A program made the position numbers and the translations under genes. DNA of 64,000 nt. It comes from Phoronis australis (lineage: Eukaryota > Animalia > Phoronida). The DNA lies in contig NMRA01000629.1 in NCBI GenBank assembly GCA_002633005.1, positions 109,589 to 173,588 of the forward strand, written 5' to 3'. Positions 12,957 through 27,580 of the stretch are shown piece by piece (the stretch's first letter is position 1; each line of letters begins with the position of its first letter). Under the pieces are notes generated by a model that ran no database searches, had not been told where the DNA came from, and saw only the letters and a list, made by a program, of their open reading frames with translations.

Positions 12957-15075
12957 CTATCAATACCATATATATACTGGTATTAGTTGATTTTGAAAAA
13001 GCCTTTGATTCTGTGTCCTGGAGATTTCTTAAGAAAGTTCTACACTATTTCAATTTTGGTGACGATATTATTCGGTGGTTCACAATACTCAATGAAAGTG
13101 TTCAACTTTCGGTCATTCAGTATGGCTTTACGTCCAACTACTTTAACATTTGCCGAGGTTGCAGACAAGGGGATCCCCTTTCACCTTATCTTTTTTGTTG
13201 AGTGCCAAAATTATGGCATCTATGTTGAGGCAATGTGAGAATGTTAAAGGCATAAAAGTAGGCTCTTTAGAGTATAAATTAATGCAATGTGCAGACGACA
13301 CGGTCCTCTTTCTAGATGGTTCAGAGGCCTCTTTAAAATCTTCACTTAACCTTCTTGATCAGTTTGCTAAGTATTCTGGTTTGACACCCAATATCGATAA
13401 AACTGTTTGTATATGGATTGGTTCTAAGATATGTTGTGGTGATAGGCTTTGTTGTGAAAAAGATTTAAAATGGGAAAGTTCCCAGTTCACATCTCTTGGA
13501 ATTACCTTCTCTGTCAACTTACAGGACATGATTCACTTAAACTACGATGTAAAATTAAATGAGGTTAGAAAAGGCATTGGAAATTGGTCAAAAAGAAATT
13601 TGTCTACCTTTGGTAAGATAACGGTTGTCAAATCTTTCTTATTACCAAAACTGATTCACCTCTTTTACACACTTCCTCTTCCAAGTGCTACTTTTTTTAA
13701 GGACATTGAAAAACTATTCTTTAATTTTATATGGGGTACCTCTTCTGATAGAATCTCTAGAAAAACCATGGTGCAGAAATCTGAAGTTGGAGGTGGGAAT
13801 ATGGTTCATATTGCGTCATTTGTCAAAGCTATTAAACTGACTTGGATTCGAAGATTCTTGAAAAATTATTATAACAATACTTCTCTTTGGCTAAATATTT
13901 TATGTGAAATTATTCCTAATATAAAAAATGACTCTTTTCAGTTAGGTTCTTGTTTTTTCCTTGAAGTATCTAACCGTACTAAAAATATTTTTGGAAGGAT
14001 ATTTTTTATATCTTATACGAATTTATCAATCTTTGTGAGATAGAGGATCCTTTGTACCAACCTTTGTGGTATAACCCCAAAATTTGTATAGACAGTAATC
14101 CAATTTTTTTGGAACGAGTTGTTTCAAAAGGTATACGGTACGTATACGATTTAATTGACCCTGATAAGGGATATATTTATGATATGATTATCATACCTTT
14201 TGTAAACGTTTTCAATTTTGTCCTTGTATTACTCATTTTTATGGAATTCGAAGTTCAATATTTCGTTCTTGGAATCATCTAAGAGACAAGAGTACTATAG
14301 TCACCCCACTTTTTCCAGGACATATTTTTCGAATCTCCTCGGAAAATAAAGGGACTGGGAAAATCTGTGAAGTATTTATTTCTAAATTATATGTAAAACC
14401 TGTCGCAGAATTGAAGTGGGAGAGAGAAATTAACTTATGTGATGAAACTCAATCTTGGAAAAAAAATTCATTCTGTAATTTATCATTGTACTTCTGATGT
14501 CAGACTCAGATGGTTTCAATTCTGTATCAACCACAGAATTATTGGTACAAACTCTTATTTAAAAAAAATAGGTGTTAGTGAATCGTCTTTATGTTCTGTC
14601 TGTGAGCAACGTGAAGAAACAATTCTACATTTGTATTGGGAATGTTCACTTGTTCAGAAGTTTTGGGGATGTTTAAGAACATGAATGATAATCAGTGCAA
14701 TTTCCCTCTGCAGTTAAATATGTCTTCCGCCTTGTTTGGAGATCCAGCCTGTAGATTAGAAGCTGTAAATTTAATTCTTTGCTTAGCGAAATTCCATTTA
14801 AATGTATATAGACAAAGATTACAAAAGACTAAGCTCAATTTTCAGTCATTTTTACGTGAGGTATGTGATTACTACAACCTGGAAACAATTATTTACAATG
14901 ATAAATTGGATCTTGAGAGATTCCATGCAAGGTGGTCTTTTTTTGCCTAACTAGCTTTTATAGGGTCCGATAATGTTCGTAATTTGTTTGATGTACACTA
15001 AACTAGATGTCATATTGTCGCACAACTATGTACTGGTTGGTTGAGTTAATAAATATCTCTGAAAAAAGAAAAAAA
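12957..15075 (+). mobile_element. 5'-truncated Tx1/L1-clade LINE (RT and C-terminal zinc finger, frameshifted)
   Basis: DFEKAFDSVSW, GCRQGDPLSPYLF, QCADDT, WSKRNLSTFGKITVVKS, CSVC...ETILHLYWEC; AATAAA plus poly(A) at 15048-15075; 16-bp TSD aagaaaaag(t/c)ctatgt at 12941-12956 and 15076-15091. Confidence 0.92.
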
Positions 15076-15699
15076 AAGAAAAAGCCTATGTATTGTTCAT
15101 TGTTTACACGCATCAACCCGTGGCTACATGTATTTGAGGACGCCGGGAATAGCTCGTGGGTATTTTTCATTGTTTTGTTACTGACTTTATTAAACTTAAT
15201 TTGTTAACTACAAGTAACACGCGTAAAATAATGCATGTGGCATTGTACCCGGCCTTGTCTGTTGTTACAATGCTGAAGGGAAAATCTGCGTTTTGCATAA
15301 TTTTCATGCTTTTATGACTGTTTCAAAACTTGCTTATACAGTTTCAGTGGAGTTCAAGTTTACCTCTGAAATGAGCAAAAATACACCTCAATACGAATGT
15401 CCCATTTCCCTTATTTCCCCGGTTACCCGTCAACAGTCTGCAAGCATGCATTCGGTAATTGCTTATAACAAATTCGTTGGTTTCTGATTTACTTGTTTGT
15501 GCAACTACCAAAACTGATAGATTCATAGATGATTTTATACACTTAGAAGCTAATATTGTAAGAACTGGTGATAAATCAGTGAATTTAATTGCAGCCTTAA
15601 ATATATAAAATTAAACTAATCGGTTGGAAGGGGTTTCTTTGCACTCCACTGGTGTTTTTATTTTCCAATAGTATTAAGCAATGAATTTTTGTTCTTCGA

Positions 15700-16085
15700 A
15701 ACTGAATTATTGCTTGTCCTTATTCGCATGCACGTCATGACTGACGTACTAACGTTAAAAAAAGATAGAAACATGCTGTTGGCCCGCGGAAAATCTCAGT
15801 TATCCACGGGAATTGAAATTGAACTCCACGCGTTCAGGAAGTGTGTACATTTTTGGGACACAATATCGACTGTTTCCCCAGCCACCAGAAGCTGGACTAC
15901 CGGTCGGTATTTTGAAACAGCCCCAAAGGCAGTATACGAGGACTTCGGCACCTCACCTTTCAAAAAAAAACTTCTTCAAAGAATGACCATAATAAAAAAG
16001 TTTGCCTCGAAACTAGATCACAATAAAACGAATCTTGACCTTATAGCGAGCGCAGATGGCCGGTACGAGCTGCCTGTCTCAAGTG
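15700..16085 (+). repeat. Older diverged fragment homologous to the P-like element at ~62050-62375
   Basis: aagtgtgtacatttttgggacac...ttccccagcc...cagaagctggac matches aagtgtgtgcctttttgggacac...ttccccagcc...cagaagctggac at ~62137-62197, and stays colinear to gtctcaa. Confidence 0.6.
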
Positions 16086-19000
16086 AATCACAGATGAGCT
16101 GACAAGTAACTAGCATTAGTTCATCGGGAATTTCGTATTTTCACACTGTTAGATCTCAGCTATACTTGAGGCAGCTTCTCGCTACCAGCCCGTGTACTGC
16201 TCCTAGAACCATTCTTACCTCTCCTTGTTGCTTCACGGTTACTCAACTCGTTGGTTCACGGTTACTGAACTCTTGATGGCCTCATTACCGGGATTGTCCC
16301 AGGGGCAGATCTAAATTTTTGAGTTGCGGGGGCTGGGCAGAGTGTTAGCCAGAGACTTACCCCTCAGAAATTCGCACCCCCTAGCTACCAAAATGGAATT
16401 TGGGAGAATTTTATGGGGTGTATGGCTCCTTAGCCACCCCTAAAGCCGCCACCGTGCCTCCCACCTAGAGCGAACGTGGGAGATTTGGTAGCAATACGGT
16501 GGCATTTGGAGCACGGAGGCGAGGGGGGGTGGGGGTGGCAGAGGTGGTGGTGATGAGGGGGTTGTTCGGATAAGTCGAAATCGTTTGTGCCTCCCAATAT
16601 TTTTTTTCTGGCCTACAGGCCTGCAACGTCGTCTCGTCCCCAAGCCTCCAGGTAACCCTGATCACTCATTTGAAGCTTGGTGAAGAGAAATTTACGGAAA
16701 TCGGAGAAATATCACGAGTGTTATTAAGTTTTATCACCTCCGATATAATACAAAAAATCAAAACGAGCGGTATATTCATGCAGTGATTTAGATTTATATG
16801 TAGATCATTGAAAGCTTGATGTAGGCCTAGTATTTGATTTTGTGGTGCTTTCAATAAAACAGAACTGGGAATAAGTACGTGAGCACCTTTTGTTTCAAAC
16901 AATAACGAAAACAATATCTTATGCTTCCGAAGCACGAATGGTAGTAACCCCAACGAACGCTTGTGACAATAGTAAAATCTTGTTTAGTTCCGAAAAAATA
17001 ATCAAATTTATAACATCAAAGAAGTAAAGATGAGGATCTTTAAAAACTAGTATTTTAGTATTTAGAGATTTCAGTGTTTGGAGGTTACTTGTGTCCCTCT
17101 TGTCAGAGGTGAACGTCGTCCACGGCCAATCAGCGCTAAGTCTCAACCGATCAGCGCCATCTTGAGGCTTTGGAACGAGGTTGTCATTGTTGTCGTTTTA
17201 ATTGTCTAAGACATTCTAACCATTAACATAGTCAGTGTTTGACATCCGCAGTCTTATAGTAAAATTTTCGCCTATGTCTCGTCTGTGTGGACTTTTTTAA
17301 TTATGATGAGTATTATTTTGTCTGGATCTGTATGTTCTACTTCGAATTAAAAAGGATTTCTCACCGTCTGGTGTTGGTCTCATCCCAGCAAACATAAATT
17401 TCTGAATATCTTTCATATTTTGTGACCCATCATTGTTAAAAAATGTAGTCGAAATATGTCCAATGTGCTACTGCTAGGAATTAAAGACTGATGAAAACTA
17501 ATCCGATGATTGACTATAATGTCGTTGTTTGTTTCTGTTCAGTGATCGATTCTCGTGTTTCCTCTATCATCAAAGATGTTGTAATCTGTACTATGTCTTC
17601 AAGCTATGATAATAAACTATAACTAAATATGTAATTATGACTCATGAATACTTAATTTGGGGATTGGTGTTGGATGGAATAGACTTCTTGAAGTTCAAAT
17701 AGTCAGAGACGCATCACAATGCAGCAATTAAATCATAATAATTGCATTGAAAACTTCGCATAAAACGCCAGTCTCATAAATCGATTTTCTCTTAGTTTCG
17801 ATTACAGACTCATTCTCTAAAGTGTTTGCGGTTAAGTCGTCGTTCTTGAGACGTAGCTTTTTCAATTTATCGCTGAATTTTATCCTTTTGCCACCCGAGT
17901 GTAAAACATTTCTACCCTGCATAAATTCAGGTATTTTCCACACAGCTGCATGGAAAACAGTTCCACTGAGTTGAAATTATTCCTCCGAGACGATGTTTTC
18001 CCAAAATTGAAGTCACTTGCCTCGCAGATTCTTGTGCAAATGTAAATAGTCTCAACTTCTGTTGAAACTTGGATTAGAAAACCATCAGGCATACTGATTC
18101 AGAAAGCAGCAGCAGCTACACGTACGAGTACCTACATGTATGTAACTTGAAGTATTTTCCACGGGGGGTGTTTGCACTTGCTTAGCGATGGAGTCAAACA
18201 TCAGAAATTCATTTTTTCCATGCAGTGGATGTTAGAAATTCTCTGTGGGTTTGTTTGAAACGTAGCTATTCTTTCAGATTGTGCGCAGATGGAGAGTGAA
18301 CGATCAAATCAAGTAATTAATCTACTATACGATAACCACTAATCAAAACAGTTGAAACCTGTTCTTAATTAGGTAGATTAACAATAAAGAAGAGTAACTT
18401 TGTACGCTAGCGCTCTCTGTAAGTATTACATCAATCAATTAACTATAAGTCATTTCCGCTATCCCTGCTGTAAGACTCGTTAGTTGGAGGACAGTCCTGT
18501 TGATGAACCAACACACAATGTACTGCTACATGTACAGGCACTTGCTGGTCATCGTCCTTCTTGACGCAAGATGTTCCGGCAGCATTTTCTGCCGACGACT
18601 CCTCTTGCTAGTCAACGTCTCTCGTGGTGCAACTCGTGTATGCAGTGTCTTCTACCCACGATTCCTCTCGCTGGTCACAGTCTCTCGTGACGCATCACAT
18701 GGAGGTAGTACCTTACCACCCACGATACAAGTGACATGCTCTTTGTTAAGTTCCTTTTCGTTAACCCTTGCCCAGACCCTGATCTTTAGAATCTTCTATT
18801 ATAGGGTTATATTGTAGAATTTCTTTTGTACACTTTAGCAAGTTTTCTAGCTTCAACTACTAAATCCCACCTGAGAATATTGCAAACTTCTACCCAAATT
18901 ATAATAAATGTACTTACTCAACGATTGGCTACTAAAAAGCAAATTATCTGATCCAATCATATCATTTGCTTTTGCGATTTGCTCTCAGAAGTTTCTAGAA

Positions 19001-22000
19001 TCTTATATTGCATTGACTCCAGAACCAAAATAGTAAACATCATCTAAAAATAGGTCTTGAAGTCAAAAATACATGTAAACAAGTTTGACCCCACGGTTTA
19101 AAAATACATATACACAAATTTTGGGCAACTTAAATGAAACTCTCTGTACTAATTACTTAAATAAAATTCATTCTGACAGTGGATAAGTCACATGATCAAT
19201 GAACTTTCCACTGGGAAATCAGCTGGAAGTTTCTGAAATCCTAAGTCAATATTTGTAAAGAAACACCTTGCTGAAATAGGCATATTAATCAAACTCAAGC
19301 TGCAAAAGTCTAAACGAAGCCTGGCGTGAAACACTTGAGGAAAATATTCTCTGAAAGAAAATATTTATTTCTGTATGAACACGGGGCCTAAATACGCACA
19401 CCACCAAATGTATACATGTACGCTATGGAAAACAATTTCAGTTCAGTGTTATATTGTATTTGTTAGCCAAACGCAGGCAATATTAAACAATACAAGGCAT
19501 TATAATACACAATGAAAATAAAACAATTAGCCTTTTGTAATGACAAGAACCACATGATATAATTATTGAAAGGGTAGTACCATGTTCATTTGAGAATCAA
19601 CTAAGTTTTACACTTGCAACAAATTGGCAGAATTTTAAAGCACACTGACGTAAGAAAGCAGATTTACAGAAATATGCTAGTTGGCTGGTGAGACTTTGGA
19701 GCACATTAAAACATTATGGTGTACATGTATAATTCAATAAAGCAGCAAAAGTAAAAATTTCTTTTTTGTGTCTGCTAGATATTCAGTTGAGAGACGCATT
19801 TTGCCGGATTCACGGCCTCGTCCCCTTGAAGTGCAGAGTGTGGTAATCGGTAGTTCCTCGTCTTTTATTCAGTAACGTTGTCTGTGGACAGCAGACTCAG
19901 AACGTTAAATGATGACGTAATGAACGGGGTATTTCCGGTAAAGGAACAGCGTGTAATTTCGTGTAAAATTAATATGTGCAACGGACGCGGTGCTCAGATC
20001 TCAGATTTTTCCAGGGTGGTTCATTTTTTGTAACTGTTGAGCTTGCATGTATTCGTGAACTTGGATCTTAGAATTATTTAACTTTTATCTTACTGTTCTT
20101 ATCTTAGGCTCATCTGTACAGGCTCTACTATCATGCATCTATTGTTCTTACTTTGGTGTTATAATGTTTGTTAATTTTCTTTTACAAGTTCATGTTACAT
20201 AGTCTCGTGTTGACAGAATGTTATATCCATGTACATTAGTATGTACAGCCCACTTTGAAATTAATCCTTATGCGCATGCGTTGCTGATTCTAATTCCCTA
20301 GATGTTGGCCGAAATTCAGTGGGAGACAAATCAAGGAGAATTAAATATTTGTTAAATCACACGTTTTCATAAGACTGTGTTATTAGTCGAGGTTGATGCG
20401 CCGTGTGAGTATTTTTATTAGGCACCGGGTTTATTATATCCTTTTAAAATGGTATTGAGCCCTGTTTTGGTGATTTCAAGCAATATTCGTAGTTTTTACC
20501 TCCTAATGCATAATAGGTGTCAAACTTTAACTAAGCGTACATCAAATAAAAACTAATACTCCCATTGTCGCAGATACTGTAGCTTACGGTGTAATATGGC
20601 TGTTGTTGGATGGTCTTCCAAATATTTGGCGCTAAGAGTTCACCACGCTTACCCGTTTGAGAGACTTTCCTCCAAAAATTTTGAGACTAGTCAAGGGTTA
20701 CAGAACATTATTTTGTTCAAGAGAACTGGATGAGAATACCATTTTTAACATCTTTCAATAGGTCAAAACCCGGTTTGGTAACCTTTTTTGTTAGCGGGTG
20801 GCACTGGCATGGTCGTTCATGAATGTGCTAGGAAGATATATCTTCCAACCGGCGGGCGACCTGTCGAGGATTTGAATAGTGACCGGGTTTTTTCGAGCCG
20901 GTATGCCAATTTTCTTGTGATTGTAATAGTTTCGAAGACAACGTGTGTGTATTCGGTTTGGGCACGCAAACCAGGCTCATTTATGACATTTGAAATTGTA
21001 AAAACTGCACGTAAGCTACATGTAATCTCACGAAATGACATGTGCACTGAATTTGGCATTATCGGCACATGTTCGGGATTATTGTCGGATTGGCTGGACT
21101 TTTTTAAGCTATTTTGTCTTATCAGAGGTATAAAGCAAGACGGGTCGTCAGTTTATTACCTAATTCCCATTTCTCGCTGCAGTCCATCACACATTATCTG
21201 AAATCGGTGACTTTAGCAATACATACAGTCGAACTATCTTGCCAGACAGTAGGAGTGCCAGTGTGGAAGCGGCAGATTTGATTCCGCGTTGAGAGTAATC
21301 TCAAAAAATACCTTTCTCGCCAATAATGCTCCTTATCACTTATTCATTTAAATCGATACATGTTACTCTAAGCTATGGACGGTACAGAATTGTGATGATT
21401 CGATAAGTATTAGTGTACTTAAAGCGCAGGTTACATTGTGTAAATTGGCCAGGGTGTGCGACATGCATTTACCAGTTCTGCTGTACTCATCGAATATGGT
21501 GACCGTTATCCGTGGGCAGTCGATGTTATTCAGATATTGGTTCAAACTACTAAAGATACATTATAACAGATACACTTGTACACGTTGAGATGCCCATGTA
21601 AATGAGCGCCTACAGTAAACCATTAAAAATATGTAAATACTTTTTATGAGGTTTGCCAAGTGGCTAACCTGTGACGGAACTTACAATGTATATCAATACT
21701 GACTGTGGAGCGGAGGATTGACACAACGATCCTGTTGAGTAACCCGGGCCCGGTGCCTAATGTCAGAGTCGAACTCGAACTCGGACTCGAAAATTTCAAC
21801 TCGAAATCTGTCTCAGTCGAGTCGAACTCGAAACTGCCTGCCCAATGTTCATATTCTAGTTGATTCGAAATCGAGTTTACTCGAGAAATCGTACTCGAGT
21901 TAGTTATTGAACTCTCCTGTGATGTGAATTACTTAAAAAAATAATTTTCTGCAAGAAGTGCACCCTCTACTGCGGTATCGTCTGCTTTTGAGTGAAAAGG

Positions 22001-22804
22001 TCACAGACAACAGCCAAAATGTAAGTATTTGATTGATATTGCATACAATGTGTTCAATATACAGCGAAACCGTTCACATCGATTCATAAAGTGGTGCGGT
22101 ATATTGGTGAAAATTTATAAACGGAAAGCAAAGAAGGCTCACCTTACCTAAACAGTTTCGGATCGAAATCTTGCGAGAGTTTGCGCAAACGACAATTTTG
22201 TTGCCAAATTACGGAAAAATATACGTTTTTAAACCCAAAAAGACACCGTTATTTTAACCAGCGTTCCTTCATCGTTCCATATTTTCTGCCACATGTCTCG
22301 CTTTGAACTTCTTAGTTAACCAGCGCTTCTACAACGGTTTAACTGCACGGTTGTCATGTGTTCTATACTAGGTTTGAAAATACATAGCGTTATGCAACAT
22401 TAAACTACTTTGGTATAAAAAAAATTATCAGAATCAAAAACCATCGTTTAATAGCACTCGGCGAAAACTTGAAAAACACTTTAAAACCAATCCCCTATTG
22501 CGTCGTTGAGTGGCAAAATCGAACTACCTCAAAATTAATTTGAGTCCGATTATCCATTTCAAAGTTAATATATTTCCAAATGTAGCAAACTGTAGATATT
22601 TTCGTGAGGTTCACAAAACATTAACAACTCAGTTAGAAAAAATGTACTATGTTGCCATGGTTTCAAATGCACAACACCGTGAAAAATGGGCTCGATCAGG
22701 TGGTCATTCAAAATAGTATGCGAATCGTCGAGTTTTTTACGTAAGACATAACTGAATTAACAATTTATTAGAATGGTTATCACGGATTACAATTGTATAT
22801 TAGC

Positions 22805-24815
22805 ATGGAAAACGTTACACTATCGAGCAGTCAAACCATCGCATCTGCCAAAAGACGTCTGTGGACAACCGCAGAAGAAACTTCCTTCATAGAAATGGTC
22901 ATGGCCATGGAAAGCACGTTATTCGGAAGCTATAAAGTTCGGGAGCTATAAAATCGTCAGCCAAAAAAGGGCTGGGTGGGAAGTGGTGGCCAAATTCATA
23001 AGTAGGTGAGTTTTAGTGCGCACAGTGCGATATACACATTAGTGAACATATTAAATAGTTTGAATGACACTGTTAATTTCAGTTTGTCCAGAATTTGATT
23101 TACTGTATTCTTTTAATATCAGCCAGTTCAAGACCAAAAGGTCGCCAGAGGAATGCAGGAAAAAATTCAAAACCTAAAGCAAAGATGTAAGCAATTTTGT
23201 AACAAGATAATTGCAGTTTGTTGGTTGACTGCCTGTTACTATGTGAGAATGTGAATGCCTACCTAACAGTCGGAGTATATTTTTTGTATCTTATCCAACT
23301 TTCTTTGGTATGCATATTGTAATTGCATTTTATAAATTCCTAGTTATACTTCACAATATTGATTCCCACTCCCTTCCGTTAACACTAAATGTACTTCCAA
23401 GAACTCCATGTCTAGGGGAGGCCAGTTCTGAAGTGCCGACGGTTTCTAGGATGTAAATCATGGGTTCAGACACTAGAGCGCAGATCATTAATGTAATTTG
23501 AGTTACCTATCCTTTGTTTAATTCTTCGCACAGCTAAATCAAAAATTGATGAACTTAAGAAGAGTGCAAAAAAGACCGGCGGTGGGCCACCTGCAAAGGG
23601 CTTGGATGCCAAAGACGAGGCCATTTTGGCTGACTTCGATGAAAGGGTCGAAGTCTCTGGCATCCAGGGAGGTTTTGGTACAGATGGTGAGTGGTTTTGT
23701 TTTGCGTCGAATGCAAATTAATGTTTATGCCTGACACTTGTAAAATATATAACTGCAGTGGCTCATCTACGTTTTCAGTAGGGGGAGGTGAGATTCGCGT
23801 GAATCCGAGGCGCATAGCGCAGAGAGTAGGGGAGGTAGGAAAACCTCCTTCCGTGTAAGATTTTTTTCGACTTTAGTAGCTGATTTCGGTTTTCTGACGT
23901 TTCTAATTTTTTTATTTTTGATCTTGTCCGGACAGGGGTGTTGAATCAGTGGAACCCCGTAGGTCCTCCTCCGGAAACATTACACCTATGTGTTGACTTT
24001 TCCACTCAATGATTGACTTTAAATCGCATGTTCTATTCTAAGTTTAAATTTTCCAGATCATGGCATGACTGAACACAGCGGGGATGATGCAAAAGGTATG
24101 ACGGTTGTTGGTAGCCATTAATAAATTAGTTACTTTCCAAAATGTTGACATTTTTGTAATTTGCGATAATTCGCTATTTTGAAACTACTTCAAAGGTTAA
24201 CGATTACTTTTTAATCTTCCAGACAGTGACGAATATGAGATAGAGCCGGTGATCAGCCAGAAAAGAAGTAATTAACCTTTGATTATTTATTGAAATGCTA
24301 GCGCTCATGTGGGTAGGACATTTGTGCTTACGAGTATGAGCGACACTATGAACACTCCCACTAAAACTACGCTTTGATTTTCAACAGTAGTCTGACGTAA
24401 TCTGTTTACTGGATAACATGCATGTACAATTAGAATTACAGTTGAAAGGTGGGATAATGAAAACAACAAAGGTGTGAACTCCATAACTAAAGTTAACTTA
24501 CACAGGTCTGTGAGAATTAGAAATGGTCTAAAATGAACTGAACAAGTGTTCCTAAAAAATTCTTATGATCCTTATTGGTAATGTGCGATTTTCATTTCAG
24601 TTTACAGCAAACCAAAGTCAAGCAAATCAAGAAAGGATGAAATAGACGACGCTATACTTGAAAATTTGAAATTGGACAACAAGCGCCTGAAACTCAATAT
24701 AGAAGTGCTTGAAATGAAGAAGCTCAATTTGGCCATGAACTTGCAAAAAGATGTCAATATACATGTAGACATATCAACATTTTTCTCAACCAGTGAGGTA
24801 GCAACTGAGCAATAG
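22805..24815 (+). pseudogene. Harbinger-associated Myb/SANT-like DNA-binding protein, about 6 exons, frameshifted
   Basis: Exon 1 MENVTLSSSQTIASAKRRLWTTAEETSFIEMV...W; exon 2 (~23123) QFKTKRSPEECRKK; exon 3 (~23534) KSKIDELKKSAKKTGGGPP; short exons near 24058 and 24223; last exon 24601-24815 with coiled coil ENLKLDNKRLKLNIEVLEMKKL; GT/AG boundaries visible. Confidence 0.8.
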
Positions 24816-25004
24816 ATGTTTTAAATAAGGTTGTATAGGACATTATATCTAGGAGTATAATATACACTTCACCAATTATCTACTATAACCATTAATATAA
24901 CTTTTCAACATAACAAACTTGGTTATGTAGGACCTTACATCTAGTATATACATTTCACCAATTATCTACTAAACAATTAATAGAACTTTTCAACATAACA
25001 AACT

Positions 25005-25400
25005 TGCTTGAAGGCACAACTGTGCTTTTGTTAGACAAATTAATGTAAACTTATTCGTAGTCTCTATACAAGCTCATATCTTCAGGCGTAGGGTGAAGTA
25101 ACAGTGACATAAATGTTGGTGTAAAAATGGTAATGAATGGACCCGCCCTGCAAATGTATGGACAACCGTCGAGAGAGGGAACATGCCTTATGTTCAACGA
25201 TATTCACGATAATTTGAACAGAGACAATCTGCCATTTGATACATGTATGTGAATAGATAACCAACGTTAAATTTGGCTACTGATCGCTATCTGTACCCAC
25301 TGGGGTTGTTTTTCATGACAGGGTTACGTGACTTTATAGAGACTAGGAACGAGTATACACTAAGCTGTCTAACAAAAAGTACAGTTCGGCCTTCAACCAA
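25005..25400 (-). mobile_element. Penelope-like element fragment (GIY-YIG remnant) with inverted duplicated segment
   Basis: CSLSRRLSIHLQGGSIHYHF, homologous to 47869-48069; 25005-25072 is an inverted copy of ~25331-25398. Confidence 0.65.
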
Positions 25401-27580
25401 CATTGTGGCTACGAAGGGCTGCTACCGAACTATAATATATCATAAGTAAACACTTACTGAAACAAGAAATTCTGTATAATTCGATTTTTTTACTTCATAC
25501 CAACCTGCATTTAATTTGGTTACTTGACCATGTTTTTAAGTAAAATTTAGCAAAAATTGAAAGATATGTCATAGCAGACGACAGAATCAATTACAACGTA
25601 AAATCCAAATAATATTTGTTTTTAAATTATAGTTTCGTTTAAAGCAACCTCCTTTTTCACAAAGATAACATAATTTAAATTTTTTGGATATTATAAACAT
25701 TCAAAGTGAACCATTTCGAAAACAATTTAACAGTGTTAGGAGAACTTCATTGCATAAAGCAGAGTTTATGAAAGCTTCAATTGAATCTGATCAGTCATTT
25801 ATGAGAAAATATGTTCTGAAGATGACCAAAAGTAAATTTCTCCAAGGTTCTATATTTATCTAAAGCAGGTTTATTGTTGTATACTTTTCCCCTGTTCTGT
25901 TTTTAGTTGAGAGTTCTTTAAGGAATATTGTGTTCAAATACATTTCGACATGTTGCCGATTCATCATGTACAATAGGTGAAGGTATATGCTTCTAGAGCT
26001 AATCATTCCATATCATCACAAAACATGCACCTTCCATTATAGCACTGCAAATCAAAACCGTTAATTCAATATCCCAAAAACATTAAACTTGAATGAGGGT
26101 GCCACAAAAATATCAACTGTCAATCGTGCTCTAATCTATAGAAAGACATATCATTTCATGGCAGTCCTTCTTATGGTTTAGCAGAGGCAGACTTGAGGGC
26201 CGCCATCGACTCATTTATAAGGTAATTTTAACGTTAATGCCTACAATTACTTTCATAAGGCGATTGATTGGCAGATGCCAAGACAGAGATGACAGCAATA
26301 TGCATGCAGATAAAAATAAGTTGACCCATAAAAATATGTTTGGGCTAGGCTATTCAACATCCACAGTGGGTAATTAAACAAATTTCTGCTCAGGCAAAAC
26401 AAGAGAACCCCTTTGCTAAACTGTGTTTACTTACATATGCAAATTGACAAACTTGTTTGACTACCAGCAGTTTTCACAAAGAACTACTTTCATTGACCTT
26501 GCATGTCAATTTCAAAAGGCACATTGTGTGAACAATGCAAATACTTTACAAGTATCTAAATAAAGGTGAGCCACTATGCGGACTAGCGACACCCTACCAG
26601 CTCGAAGTGCAATAGCGTCACAGAATACATCCTATAACGCAAACATTGTAATGCAAAATTATAATAACAAGAGCACCAACAAGTGTTGATTGGCAAGCAA
26701 TATGTACATCGCATGGTGCAGAGATACAAGGGATTATCATTATTTCAAACATTCCCACTTTGGGTTGCAATGCTAGTAAACTGAAAGTAGCCTCCACGAC
26801 TCAAAATCAAGGAAGCAATGCTTTCTACAATAGGAACACACTCACCGCCCTTAACCATACAATTATATGGGTGCATAACAATTATTAGATAAATGCAAAG
26901 ATTTGAAACACATAAGCTTAGGTTTACTCACAAAAGGCAGGACGCCCAAACAGACACTGTGGTAATACACACTCACATACATGTGTATGCGTGCATTAAA
27001 AGTATCATGGTCATGGTCTCATATTCAAATGTAAAGACCTTGGCCTGAGTCATACACTAATGGTGTACTGCATTATGAACTTGAACAGTACATGACATTT
27101 TTCTGCAGGCCTATTGAATAGAAAAAAGATATATGGCTTTATCAAAGCTTAAAATATACTATAGGTTTGTAGCCAGTGACCAGGGGGAGCACCGCCTAAG
27201 AGATATAGTGAAATAACAGGCCACGTGACTACATACACTGTAGGTGTAGATTAAAAATCTTGTCATTATGTATTAATGACAGAGACCAGTGGAAGTCGGC
27301 CTGACAGTTGCATAGTCAATAACACATTACATGTACTTCCAAAATCTCTCAAGAGGGAAACAGGCTGGCTGAACAGAGGCGGTGGAAATTAATCATCCCT
27401 TGGTACGGTGAGCTTGTAGGACTCAAAGCAATGCCTCCACCTTTCTATCACACTTTGTCACAAAATTCAAAGTTGTAACCAATGGTAAACTTTCTGACCG
27501 GACTGAAAAAAGCGGTCACGTTGTTTGCTTCACAGCATAAATTCACCGAAAACATTCGCATGCACTGGTTCACGTTAAAA

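Noticed and set aside
15689-16102. 137-aa ORF as a host gene
   Set aside because: Lies in a dispersed repeat homologous to 62050-62375 and the frame is not conserved between copies.
16300-16455. hAT-like MITE (caggggcagatcta...gccgccaccg)
   Set aside because: TIRs are degenerate and no 8-bp TSD was found.
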